A stretch of 64,000 bases of DNA, taken from an uncultured Gemmatimonadales bacterium (GTDB taxonomy: Bacteria > Gemmatimonadota > Gemmatimonadetes > Gemmatimonadales > GWC2-71-9). The notes below the pieces were generated by a model. That model had not been told where the DNA came from, did not search any database, and was given only the letters and a program-made list of their open reading frames with translations. This document shows positions 30,232 through 39,164 of this stretch, piece after piece. The stretch is from contig CAVSLV010000001.1 of the NCBI GenBank assembly GCA_963728915.1, positions 768,001 through 832,000 of the forward strand, given 5' to 3'. Position numbers and translations under genes: made by a program. Positions within the stretch are counted from its first letter, which is position 1. Each line of letters begins with the position of its first letter.

Positions 30232-30924
30232 GTGAAGCGGGCATTCTGGGCCGGCCTCCTGGGGTTGACGGCGCTCGCCTCCTGCGCCCCGCGCGTTACG
30301 CCCATTCCCATGCCTGCCGGGTTGATGGAAGCATCTCGCCAAGCCGCCATTCACTGGGCCGATTCGACCAGACTCGCAAATCCGACCGACATCCGCTTCC
30401 GGTTCCGGTTTCAGGACGCGGCCGGGCGCGGGAGGGCTCGCTACTCGCCGCGCGATTCCATTCGGTTCGACGTCCAGGGTCCCCTGGGCATGGGTCGTGC
30501 GACTGCGTTCATCGTCGGAGATTCGGCACGCTGGACCGAGCCGGAGGAACAGATCCACAAGTTCGTCCCGAACTACCCGCTGTTCTGGGCAATGCTGGGG
30601 ATAGCGCGCCCTCCGGAGCCAGGGAGCACCGTGCGGGTGTACCGCGACCTGCGGGTCACTGCTTGGCAATTCGCGGCGGGGCAGGATACTGTGGAGTACG
30701 TTCTGGAGAGCGGGAAGACGCCCACGTTTTACGCCGAGGTCCGGCAGGGCGGTCAGCGGATCGGGAAGGTCGAGACCCGGTTGGGCCCGGACGGATTTCC
30801 GACGACCTCACGGCTGACGGTGCTCCACCCTCCCTCCCGGCTGGACCTGACCTTTCAACAGCATGCGAAAGTGGCCTCCTTTGCGCCGGATATCTGGGCT
30901 CGGCCCGCTCCTTCTCAGCCTTAG
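30232..30924 (+). CDS. Hypothetical lipoprotein
   Basis: VKRAFWAGLLGLTALASC lipobox; GTG start 3 nt after the upstream stop. Confidence 0.65.
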   Translation: MKRAFWAGLLGLTALASCAPRVTPIPMPAGLMEASRQAAIHWADSTRLANPTDIRFRFRFQDAAGRGRARYSPRDSIRFDVQGPLGMGRATAFIVGDSARWTEPEEQIHKFVPNYPLFWAMLGIARPPEPGSTVRVYRDLRVTAWQFAAGQDTVEYVLESGKTPTFYAEVRQGGQRIGKVETRLGPDGFPTTSRLTVLHPPSRLDLTFQQHAKVASFAPDIWARPAPSQP

Positions 30925-31408
30925 CGCCCTTGCCCCAAGCGGGTGTCTGTACAAGTTCAGCGGCGGGGGGCTGCCGTCGAACATTCGGACCGTGGCGGTT
31001 TTGCCGTTCGAAAACCTCACGCCTGAGCCGGTGCTCACCCAGGAAGTGACCAGCGCAGTCCGAGAAGCAGTCCAGAGTCGGCTTGGGCTTCGCCAGGCGG
31101 GCGAACAGGACGCCGATGCCGTGGTGAACGGCTCGGTTCAACAGTACAACCCCGACCTCCCGGTCACCTTCACCGGAACCCCGACCCCGGGACAACAGAG
31201 CAGGGTCGATGTCACCAGGCGCATGGTCCAGATCAGCGTGAACGTCAAGATTCTCAACCAGCGCGAGGGCAAGGTGCTCTGGGAGCGAAGTGCCCTCCTG
31301 GTTCAGGGTGAATACGAGCCCGGCAAGGAATCGGAAGCTGCCGGGCGGAAGCGAGCCCTGGACAAGCTGGTGAACGAGATCGTGGACGGGGCCCAGTCGC
31401 AATGGTGA
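30863..31408 (+). CDS. lptE: LptE-like LPS assembly lipoprotein
   Basis: [26 protein letters not shown]...VLWER pattern, ending in W. Confidence 0.7.
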   Translation: MRKWPPLRRISGLGPLLLSLSALAPSGCLYKFSGGGLPSNIRTVAVLPFENLTPEPVLTQEVTSAVREAVQSRLGLRQAGEQDADAVVNGSVQQYNPDLPVTFTGTPTPGQQSRVDVTRRMVQISVNVKILNQREGKVLWERSALLVQGEYEPGKESEAAGRKRALDKLVNEIVDGAQSQW

Positions 31409-31764
31409 ACAATCGCCGCGGCTCCGGACGCCTGGGGTGTCTGTTTTCCCTCCTGATCGTCGCGGTGGTCTGCTATTACGGCATTCCGATGTTCAGAGTG
31501 TACTGGGACTACTACCGCCTGGTGGAAGAAATGGGGACGAACGCCCGCTTCGCCGAAACGCTGACCGACGACCAAATGCTCAAGCGGCTTCGGAGCACCG
31601 TGGACGATCTGGACCTCCCCGCCGAGGCAAAGCGCTTCGTGATTCATCGGACCAAGTTCCCTCGCACGATCACCATCCGAACCCAGTACCACGAGGTGAT
31701 CGAGCTTCCCTTCCAACACAAGGCCTTGACCCTCCACCCCTCCGTCAACGTTCAGCTATGGTGA
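31402..31764 (+). CDS. Hypothetical membrane-anchored protein (DUF4845-like)
   Basis: [13 protein letters not shown] pilin-like N-terminus with one TM helix. Confidence 0.6.
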   Translation: MVNNRRGSGRLGCLFSLLIVAVVCYYGIPMFRVYWDYYRLVEEMGTNARFAETLTDDQMLKRLRSTVDDLDLPAEAKRFVIHRTKFPRTITIRTQYHEVIELPFQHKALTLHPSVNVQLW

Positions 31765-32471
31765 CCCGGCCCGACGGGCGCGCCCACGACCAGCTGCGAC
31801 CCTTCGCCCTGGAACGGGGCGCCAATCCCTACGCCGAAGGCTCCTGTCTGATTCGGGTCGGCGGCACGCTGGTGCACTGCACCGCCAGCGTGGAGGAAGG
31901 GGTGCCGCCCTTCCGGAAGGGCTCCGGCCTCGGCTGGATCACCGCCGAGTACGCGATGCTGCCTCGAGCCACCCTGGAACGCACCAGCCGCGAACGCTCC
32001 GGCCCCGGTGGTCGCAGCCACGAAATCCAGCGACTCATCGGGCGCTCGCTCCGGGCCGCCATAGGAACGATGGCCTTCGGCGAATTCACCATCCGAATCG
32101 ATTGCGATGTGCTCCAGGCCGATGGGGGCACGCGAACCGCGGCCATTACCGGGGGATGCGTCGCCCTGGCCGATGCCTGCCAGTGGCTGGCCGGACGCAC
32201 CGGTCTCCCCTCTCCTTTCGGTGGGCTGGTGGCGGCCGTCTCGGTCGGCATCGTCGAGGGCGAGGTACGCCTCGATTTGTCGTACGCCGAGGACAAGGAC
32301 GCCGACGTCGATGCCAACGTCGTCATGCTGGAGCCCGGCAGGTTCGTGGAAGTGCAGGGAACGGCCGAAGGCGCCACCTACTCCCGGGAGGAGCTGGACC
32401 GGCTCCTTGACACCGCCCATCGTGGCATTGCGGAACTCTTCGCGGCCCAGCGTAAAATCCTGAACCGGTGA
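31758..32471 (+). CDS. rph: Ribonuclease PH
   Basis: [50 protein letters not shown]. Confidence 0.97.
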   Translation: MVTRPDGRAHDQLRPFALERGANPYAEGSCLIRVGGTLVHCTASVEEGVPPFRKGSGLGWITAEYAMLPRATLERTSRERSGPGGRSHEIQRLIGRSLRAAIGTMAFGEFTIRIDCDVLQADGGTRTAAITGGCVALADACQWLAGRTGLPSPFGGLVAAVSVGIVEGEVRLDLSYAEDKDADVDANVVMLEPGRFVEVQGTAEGATYSREELDRLLDTAHRGIAELFAAQRKILNR

Positions 32472-33103
32472 AGCTCCTGGTGGCAACCCGAAGCGGGGGC
32501 AAGCAGCGGGAAGTCCTGCGGCTCCTGGCCGGGACATCCTTCGAGGTGCTCTTCCCCGACCAGGCGGGCATCTATCCGTCGGCCATCGAGGAGACCCTGG
32601 AGATGGGCGTGAGCTTCGAGGCCAATGCCCGCGCCAAGGCCGAGTACTTCGCGAAACAGTCGGGCCTTCCCACGGTGGCGGATGACAGCGGCCTGGAAGT
32701 TCTCGCCCTGGGTGGCGAACCCGGAGTGCGCTCGAAGCGCTGGGCCGGAGCGCAGGGCAGCGAACCGGAAGTCGATGCGGCGAACAACGCACTCCTTCTG
32801 GCCCGGCTCGCCGGAGCGCCGGCCCAGAAGCGCCGGGCCCGCTACCGTTGCGTGTTGGTGCTCTACCGGACCGCGCGAGCCTTTCCCGAAACCCTCCAGG
32901 GCCAGTGCCCCGGGATCATTCTCGAGGAGCCTCGGGGAACCGGCGGCTTCGGATACGACCCCCTGTTCTATTCCGAAGAGCTGGGCAAGTCGTTCGCCGA
33001 AGCCGATCCCGAGGAGAAAGACTCGGTGAGCCACCGAGGACGGGCCTTTCGCGAGCTCCGCGCCGCCCTCGAGGCGGCGGAACCGACTTCCCAGGAGACC
33101 TGA
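32468..33103 (+). CDS. rdgB: Non-canonical purine NTP pyrophosphatase
   Basis: [20 protein letters not shown]; follows rph. Confidence 0.93.
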   Translation: MKLLVATRSGGKQREVLRLLAGTSFEVLFPDQAGIYPSAIEETLEMGVSFEANARAKAEYFAKQSGLPTVADDSGLEVLALGGEPGVRSKRWAGAQGSEPEVDAANNALLLARLAGAPAQKRRARYRCVLVLYRTARAFPETLQGQCPGIILEEPRGTGGFGYDPLFYSEELGKSFAEADPEEKDSVSHRGRAFRELRAALEAAEPTSQET

Positions 33104-33105
33104 TC

Positions 33106-33888
33106 ATGCCGCTGCCCGCAGTCCCCGAGAACATGCTGCGCTCGAAGCTTGCCGCCGGAAAGACCGTCGTCGGCGCCATGATCGTGGAATTCCGCCAGCC
33201 AAGCCTGATGACCATGCTGGCGGATGCGGGGCTCGATTTCGCGTTGATCGACAACGAGCATGGACCCTTCTCGATCGAGTCGATCGCCGGCCTGAGCCGC
33301 GCCGGATGCGCTGCCGGCATCACACCCATCGTGCGTATTCCGGAGCTGACCTATGCGCACGTCGCCCAGTCCCTGGACGGCGGCGGGCAGGGAATCATGT
33401 TGCCCCGCGTCACCGACCCGGAACAGATCCGGTTCTGTCTCGAATGCATGAAGTACACGCCCGACGGAAGGCGGGGCGTGGTGGTGGGACGCGGGCACAC
33501 CGGGTTTCGAACCGGGCCGCTCCGCGAGATCCTCGACGCGATGAACCGGGAGACTTTTCTGATCGTTCAGATCGAAACCCGCGAGGCCGTCGAGCGTATC
33601 GATGAGCTGCTCGCGGTGCCGGGAGTGGACGCCGCCCTGATCGGCCCCACTGACCTTTCGGTGGCCCTGGGCGTGCCCGGAAAGATGGATGACCCGGTCC
33701 TGGTCGGCGCCATCGAGCGCGTGAAGGCCGCGTGCCTGGTCCACAACGTCACGCCGGCCATTCACACCAATGACGTGGCAATGACCGCCCACTGGGCCCG
33801 CCAGGGCATGCGGCTGGTCAGCATCAGCAGCGAAGTGGGACTGCTCATGGCCGGGGTGCGCCAGGCGGTCCAGGCGATCCGCTCCTGA
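33106..33888 (+). CDS. HpcH/HpaI aldolase family protein
   Basis: IDNEHG, LDGG..GIMLP, QIET, IGPTDLS. Confidence 0.88.
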   Translation: MPLPAVPENMLRSKLAAGKTVVGAMIVEFRQPSLMTMLADAGLDFALIDNEHGPFSIESIAGLSRAGCAAGITPIVRIPELTYAHVAQSLDGGGQGIMLPRVTDPEQIRFCLECMKYTPDGRRGVVVGRGHTGFRTGPLREILDAMNRETFLIVQIETREAVERIDELLAVPGVDAALIGPTDLSVALGVPGKMDDPVLVGAIERVKAACLVHNVTPAIHTNDVAMTAHWARQGMRLVSISSEVGLLMAGVRQAVQAIRS

Positions 33889-33928
33889 CGGTCCGGCCGT
33901 CTGCCAGTCCGCCGGTCCGCCTTTCCGC
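33889..33928 (+). repeat. Degenerate octamer tandem repeat, consensus CNNTCCGC x5
   Basis: cggtccgg-ccgtctgc-cagtccgc-cggtccgc-ctttccgc. Confidence 0.65.
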
Positions 33929-33943
33929 TTACTTTCTGCGTGA

Positions 33944-34017
33944 CGGGGCGTAGCTCAGCCCGGTAGAGCGCCTGCTTTGGGAGCAGGAAGTCGCCGGTTC
34001 AAATCCGGCCGCCCCGA
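33944..34017 (+). tRNA. tRNA-Pro (TGG), CCA not encoded
   Basis: CGGGGCG acceptor, TAGCTCAG, anticodon loop TTTGGGA, TTCAAAT T loop. Confidence 0.95.
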
Positions 34018-34997
34018 TTCACTTCTCCCGCCCGGCGAAGGGTAGCGAGGAGATCCTTCCGCGGTTCCCCAAGCCACTCCCGCAAGCACTGGAATCCCGC
34101 CTCGCCATCCTGGCGCAGCACCCGCGCTAACGCCGCGAGCCCGGATTGGGCTCCCCGTGGCGGGGCTCCCGCGGTCGGCCCACCCGTCTCTCCCAGTTCC
34201 CCAAGCAGCTCGTGACCCAACCGTTCCGCTCGACCGGCATTGGCAACGAGAAGGGCCTCGCGGAGCTCTCTCGCCATCACGTGGCAGTCCGTCACCGTCC
34301 CGAGCAGATCCTGGAGCCCGCGCAGCAGCTCGATCGCTTCGGGAGCGTGGTCCAGCTCGACGGCAAAAGGCTCCAGCAGGTAGCGGACCCGCTTGGCAGC
34401 AATTCTCGCGGCATGGATCTCAGGCGCGGCGGTGAGGTCCCGGATCTCATCGAGGCGGTCGCCAAGGAGGCCGGTTTCCCGACGAAGCAGGCGCCGCACC
34501 ACCAGCTCCGCCCCGGGAGTCCCCGAGCCGATTGACCGCCGCGAAACCGACTGCCTCAGTCCCCGGCTGATCCGCTGGCGGAGCCCCGCATCGCGGTCAC
34601 CGATCCGGACTCGCATGTGCTGGTTGTGATGGGCCAGCCGCGCCTCGAGTCGCCGGGTCAACCATCGGGCCCCGGTTCGTTGTCGTGGGGTCAGATCAGC
34701 GCGATGGTGTTCGATCCAGTCAAGGTGCACCTCGAGATTTCGGGACGGACTCGTCAGCCGCATCAGTCGCCGAAGCCGGCGCCTGGCGCTTCGCGGGAGC
34801 TCCGGCAACCAGGGCTGGAAGACCCGGAGGAGACTCCGGAGCCGGCGGATCGAAGTACGGTAATCGTGAAGGGCTTCCGGATCGGTAGCCGCGCCGAGGC
34901 GGCGGGCTTCAACGTTCCACCGCGCCAGCTGGGCTCGGACCACCCGGCGCGCTGCGTCCGGAATCGGGAGGTCCAGCATGACCAGCGGGGGCGCCAT
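33999..34997 (-). CDS. CHAD domain protein
   Basis: EALHDYRTSIRRLRS, HAARIAAKRVRYLLE, LQDLLG..DCHV. Confidence 0.85.
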   Translation of the reverse strand: MAPPLVMLDLPIPDAARRVVRAQLARWNVEARRLGAATDPEALHDYRTSIRRLRSLLRVFQPWLPELPRSARRRLRRLMRLTSPSRNLEVHLDWIEHHRADLTPRQRTGARWLTRRLEARLAHHNQHMRVRIGDRDAGLRQRISRGLRQSVSRRSIGSGTPGAELVVRRLLRRETGLLGDRLDEIRDLTAAPEIHAARIAAKRVRYLLEPFAVELDHAPEAIELLRGLQDLLGTVTDCHVMARELREALLVANAGRAERLGHELLGELGETGGPTAGAPPRGAQSGLAALARVLRQDGEAGFQCLREWLGEPRKDLLATLRRAGEVNRGGRI

Positions 34998-35074
34998 CCC
35001 GGTAAGCTGGAGGACGATGCCCGCTTGGGCTAGGGGTTCGCCCCAACCCGCACCCTGCTAGTTTTGGAGAACCG

Positions 35075-35148
35075 GCGCCCGTAGCTCAGCTGGATAGAGC
35101 ATCGGCCTTCTAAGCCGAGGGTCGTGCGTTCGAATCGCACCGGGCGCG
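35075..35148 (+). tRNA. tRNA-Arg (TCT), CCA not encoded
   Basis: GCGCCCG acceptor, GCTCAGCTGGATAGAGC D arm, CTTCTAA loop, TTCGAAT. Confidence 0.95.
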
Positions 35149-35173
35149 CTCGTTCCGAAGCAGGAGGAGAAGC

Positions 35174-36295
35174 ATGACCACCCAGACGCTCGCCCAGCCC
35201 CCGGTCACCGACACCTTTCCCATCAACGGGACCGATTTCGTCGAGCTGTACGTCGGCAACGCCAAACAGTCCGCGATCTTCTACGAGACCGCGTTCGGGT
35301 TCCGCCGGGTGGCCTATCGGGGCCCGGAAACCGGCACCCGGGATCGCTCCAGTTATGTGCTCCAGCAGGACAAGATCCGGCTGGTCCTCACCACCCCGAT
35401 GGAGCCGGATCACCCGATCGCCCGGCACGTGCTCCAGCACGGGGATGGCGTCCACGACCTCGCCCTCTGGGTCGACGATGCCCGGGATGCGTTCGAGAAG
35501 GCGGTGGGCCGCGGGGCCCGGCCGGCGCAGGAGCCCACCGTGCTGCGTGACGACCACGGCGAGGCCGTCGTCGCGGGCATCCGGACTTACGGAGAGACCA
35601 TTCATTCGCTCATCGAGCGCCGCAACTATCGCGGGCCCTTCCTTCCGGGGTTCGAGGCGCTGGCCGGCGTCTATCAGCCGAAGCCGGCGGGCCTCAAGTA
35701 CATCGACCATTGCGTCGGGAACGTCGAGCTCGGCAAAATGAACGAGTGGGTCGCGTTCTATCGCGACGTCCTGGGGTTCAGCCAGATCATCAGCTTCGAC
35801 GACAAGGATATCTCCACCGAATACAGTGCCCTGATGTCGAAGGTGATGGCGAATGGAAACGGACGCATCAAGTTCCCGATCAATGAGCCGGCCGAGGGGC
35901 GGAAGAAGAGCCAGATCGACGAATACCTCGAGTTCTACCGGGGCCCTGGGGTGCAGCACATGGCCCTGGCCACCGACGACATCATCACCACCGTCACCCA
36001 GCTCCGCGATCACGGGGTCGAGTTCCTCCAGGTGCCCGGTTCCTACTACGACTCGGTTCCCGACCGGGTCGGGAAGATCGACGAACAGCTCGACGCCCTC
36101 AAGAAGCTCGGGATCCTGGTGGATCGCGACGACGAAGGGTACCTGCTCCAGATTTTCACCAAGCCGGTCCAGGATCGGCCCACCCTCTTCTACGAAATCA
36201 TCCAGCGCAAGGGAGCGAAGAGCTTCGGGAAGGGGAACTTCAAGGCGCTCTTCGAGGCCATCGAACGGGAGCAGGCTCGCCGGGGCAATCTCTGA
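35174..36295 (+). CDS. hppD: 4-hydroxyphenylpyruvate dioxygenase
   Basis: [44 protein letters not shown]. Confidence 0.97.
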   Translation: MTTQTLAQPPVTDTFPINGTDFVELYVGNAKQSAIFYETAFGFRRVAYRGPETGTRDRSSYVLQQDKIRLVLTTPMEPDHPIARHVLQHGDGVHDLALWVDDARDAFEKAVGRGARPAQEPTVLRDDHGEAVVAGIRTYGETIHSLIERRNYRGPFLPGFEALAGVYQPKPAGLKYIDHCVGNVELGKMNEWVAFYRDVLGFSQIISFDDKDISTEYSALMSKVMANGNGRIKFPINEPAEGRKKSQIDEYLEFYRGPGVQHMALATDDIITTVTQLRDHGVEFLQVPGSYYDSVPDRVGKIDEQLDALKKLGILVDRDDEGYLLQIFTKPVQDRPTLFYEIIQRKGAKSFGKGNFKALFEAIEREQARRGNL

Positions 36296-37479
36296 TGCCG
36301 GTGTACCACACTCTCGGCCGGATCCCCCGGAAGCGGCATATCGCGTTTCGGAAGCCTGACGGCGGTCTCTACGCCGAGGAGCTGATGGGGAACGAAGGGT
36401 TCACCGGTCCGGCGGCATTGCTCTATCACGTCCAGCCCCCCACGACCGTGCTCGAGGTGAAGCGGCTTCGCGATCTCTGCTGGGAAGCCGATCCCGACCG
36501 GACCCTCCGGCATCGCCATTTCCTCACCGCCCAGCTCCCCGATGGAGGAAGCCCCACCCTGGACCGCACCCCGCTTCTGTTCAACCAGGATATCGGGATG
36601 CTGTTCTCCCGGCCCACAGTGGAGGATCCCCACTTCTACAAGAACGCCCAGGCCGATGAAGTGGTGTACGTGGGAGAGGGACACGGCGTGCTGGAGACGC
36701 CCTTCGGGGACCTGCCCTATCGCCAGGGAGACTACCTGGTCATCCATCGCGGGATCCTGCATCGCTACCGGATGAACCAGGAGCCGCACCGGCTGCTGAT
36801 CTTCGAGAGCCGGGGTTATGTCAGAACTCCCAAGCGCTATCGCAACGAGTACGGCCAGATCGTCGAAGGCGCGCCGTACAGCGAGCGCGATTTTCGGCGT
36901 CCCCTGGAGCTCAGGACCCACGAAGAAAAAGGCGAGTTCCCCCTCATCATCAAGCAGTATGACGGCCTCAATCAGTACACCCTCGATCACCACCCCTGTG
37001 ACGTGGTCGGCTGGGACGGGATGTTCTACCCCTGGGCCTTCAACATCGAAGACTTCGAACCGATCGTGGGGAAGGTGCATCAGCCCCCGCCGGTCCATCA
37101 GACCTTCCAGGGCGACGGGTTCGTGATCTGCTCCTTCTGCCCGAGGCCATACGATTTCCATCCCGAGGCGGTTCCCGCCCCGTACAACCACAGCAACGTG
37201 GACTCGGACGAGGTGTTGTACTACGCCAGCAGTGAGTTCATGAGCCGGAAGGGCATCGAGTACGGCAGCATCACACACCATCCGGATGGCATTCCCCATG
37301 GCCCGCATCCCGGCCGCGCCGAGGCCAGCATCGGGGCCAAGAGCACCAACGAGCTCGCGGTGATGATGGATTCGTTCCGGCCTCTGCACGTGGCGAAGGC
37401 GGCGCTTGGCATCGAGGATCCCAAGTATTTCCGGAGCTGGGTGGAGGGCAGGGAAGGCTTCAACCCGCCGACTTCATAA
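36295..37479 (+). CDS. hmgA: Homogentisate 1,2-dioxygenase
   Basis: HPCDVVGWDG, HQPPPVH, PYNHSNVDSDE, HPDGIPHGPHP; coupled to hppD. Confidence 0.93.
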   Translation: MPVYHTLGRIPRKRHIAFRKPDGGLYAEELMGNEGFTGPAALLYHVQPPTTVLEVKRLRDLCWEADPDRTLRHRHFLTAQLPDGGSPTLDRTPLLFNQDIGMLFSRPTVEDPHFYKNAQADEVVYVGEGHGVLETPFGDLPYRQGDYLVIHRGILHRYRMNQEPHRLLIFESRGYVRTPKRYRNEYGQIVEGAPYSERDFRRPLELRTHEEKGEFPLIIKQYDGLNQYTLDHHPCDVVGWDGMFYPWAFNIEDFEPIVGKVHQPPPVHQTFQGDGFVICSFCPRPYDFHPEAVPAPYNHSNVDSDEVLYYASSEFMSRKGIEYGSITHHPDGIPHGPHPGRAEASIGAKSTNELAVMMDSFRPLHVAKAALGIEDPKYFRSWVEGREGFNPPTS

Positions 37480-37545
37480 TTCAGGCGAGCTCAGAACCGG
37501 CAAAACCAAGCCAAACAATTCCTTAGATGACCCACTTCGGCGGTT

Positions 37546-37962
37546 TCACGGCCCATCGCGCGGCAGCAGCTTCGGGTTGCCGCGGATCTTTACGACCGAG
37601 AAATGGCGGAGATCGAGCGTGGCGATGGCTTCCGCGCCCACCCGCTCGGCGACGGCCATGACCACCGCATCGGTGAGCCCGAGCCGGAGAGTCTTGTACT
37701 TGCGAGCCATCTCGTTGGCCCGGGCCAGGTCGGCCGGCCCGCCCCAGTCGACCGCGAAGATTCCATCGGCGAGATCCGCTAGAAATGCCTCCTCGACCGC
37801 CGCGCCAAGCTGGCTGGAGGCCAGGTAGTCGACCTCCGGCAGGATCACCCAGGGAAGCAGCCAGTCGCCCGGAGAGGCCTCGAAGAGTTCCCGAAGCGTA
37901 CGATGGTGTTCCTCGTCGGCATCGAGCAGGGCGATGATCGCTCCGGTGTCAGCCACGATCAC
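37546..37962 (-). CDS. vapC: PIN-domain toxin (VapC family)
   Basis: VADTGAII, ILPEVDY, LTDAVVMA, ATLDLRHF acidic tetrad. Confidence 0.9.
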   Translation of the reverse strand: MIVADTGAIIALLDADEEHHRTLRELFEASPGDWLLPWVILPEVDYLASSQLGAAVEEAFLADLADGIFAVDWGGPADLARANEMARKYKTLRLGLTDAVVMAVAERVGAEAIATLDLRHFSVVKIRGNPKLLPRDGP

Positions 37963-38195
37963 CGGTTCTGGCCCATCCCCTTGAGGAGCTTTTCCGCCCG
38001 GGCACCCAGGTTGGACCGGCCGCTTCGGCCCGCCCCCAGGCTTCGGGCGCGGGAGGCCGAATGGCGCCGGGCGTACTCGATCACCGCCTCGCGGACCAGC
38101 TCGGCGGTGGGACGCCGGGTTCGGGCGGCAAGCACCTGGAGCCGGCGGTAGCTCTCGGCATCCAGATAGACGGTCGTCTTGGTGGTCGGCGGCAT
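37959..38195 (-). CDS. CopG/ribbon-helix-helix antitoxin (VapB-like)
   Basis: KTTVYLD...AELVREAV RHH pattern; GTGA overlap with the toxin. Confidence 0.85.
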   Translation of the reverse strand: MPPTTKTTVYLDAESYRRLQVLAARTRRPTAELVREAVIEYARRHSASRARSLGAGRSGRSNLGARAEKLLKGMGQNR

Positions 38196-38230
38196 ATGGT
38201 TACCATATATGGCAATTACTCGCGAGTCAA
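38194..38230 (-). promoter_or_regulatory. vapBC promoter with overlapping palindromic operators
   Basis: TTGACT-17 nt-TATGGT-6 nt-ATG; palindromes ATATGGT-T-ACCATAT (38194-38208) and CCATATATGG (38203-38212). Confidence 0.7.
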
Positions 38231-38453
38231 GGTCCGCGGCTGGCGCCCTTGTTGCGGTCCGAGGTCCTCCGCGCACCGTACCGGGGATCCTGGCCGGATG
38301 GCTGGCGCAGAAGCGCGCGCGAAACCGGCACGGGCCGTCAAGCGCTTCTCCGCCTACAATGCCTGGTACTATTCTGGGGGTGATTCGGGACGCCTGGCTA
38401 TTGCGTCGAACTATCGTCTAACCTGCTGCCTGCCTTAGATTGCTGGCCTCGCC

Positions 38454-39164
38454 ATGCAGCTCACCATTCGGGAAGCCGGTTCATTCTTCGGAGTCAACGA
38501 GCAGACTATCCGCCGCTGGATCAGCCAGAGAGGCATGCCGGCGCACGAGGTGTACGAGCGGATCTATCTGAATCCTCTCGAGCTCTGGGAATGGGCGGTG
38601 GAAAACGGCATCCCGGTTTCCCGCGGTCTGCTCGACAAAGCCCGCCGAACCCCCGAAGAAATTCCCCCGCTCGCGGACCTGCTGCGCGCGGGAGGGATTT
38701 TCCATGACGTCGAGGGTACCACCAAGGCCGGGGTGCTCAGGGCAATGGTCGAGCGCCTCCCGCTCCCACCCGATCTCGACCGGGACTTTCTGCTCAACAT
38801 CTTCGAGGCGCGTGAGGCGATGGGCTCCACCGGGATTGGCGATGGCATCGCGATTCCCCACGTGCGGAACCCCGTGGTGCTCCATGTCGAACACCCTTTC
38901 GTGACCCTCTCTCTGCTCCGTCATCCGGTCGATTTCGACGCCCCCGACGGCAAGCCGGTCCATGCCCTCTTCCTGGTGGTAAGCCTCACGGTGCCGGCCC
39001 ACCTCAAGATCCTGGCGCAGCTCGGATTCGTCCTCCGGGATGAGCCGCTCCGCGAATTGCTGCGCGCCGCCGCTCCTCCGGAAGCCATTCTCGACCGGAT
39101 CGAATACGTGGAAGGAAGCCTCCGCACCGGTTCCTACGCTACGGTGAAGAACCCGTCCCGGTGA
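38454..39164 (+). CDS. Excisionase-type HTH fused to PTS EIIA (PtsN/Fru-like) domain
   Basis: LTIREAGSFFGVNEQTIRRWI HTH; REAMGSTGIGDGIAIPH (phospho-His), VDFDAPDGKPV. Confidence 0.9.
   Translation: MQLTIREAGSFFGVNEQTIRRWISQRGMPAHEVYERIYLNPLELWEWAVENGIPVSRGLLDKARRTPEEIPPLADLLRAGGIFHDVEGTTKAGVLRAMVERLPLPPDLDRDFLLNIFEAREAMGSTGIGDGIAIPHVRNPVVLHVEHPFVTLSLLRHPVDFDAPDGKPVHALFLVVSLTVPAHLKILAQLGFVLRDEPLRELLRAAAPPEAILDRIEYVEGSLRTGSYATVKNPSR

Noticed and set aside
27660..33930. CRISPR array or mobile element suggested by short repeats and tRNAs
   Set aside because: Repeats are 7-8-mers without spacers. I saw no cas, integrase or transposase gene and no duplicated tRNA 3' end.
38340..38453. Fluoride riboswitch upstream of the Hyf-like operon
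   Set aside because: GGTGATTCGGGACGCC only loosely resembles the GGxGAUGG 5' element, and I found no matching GCUxAUGAC 3' element. An Infernal scan would settle it.
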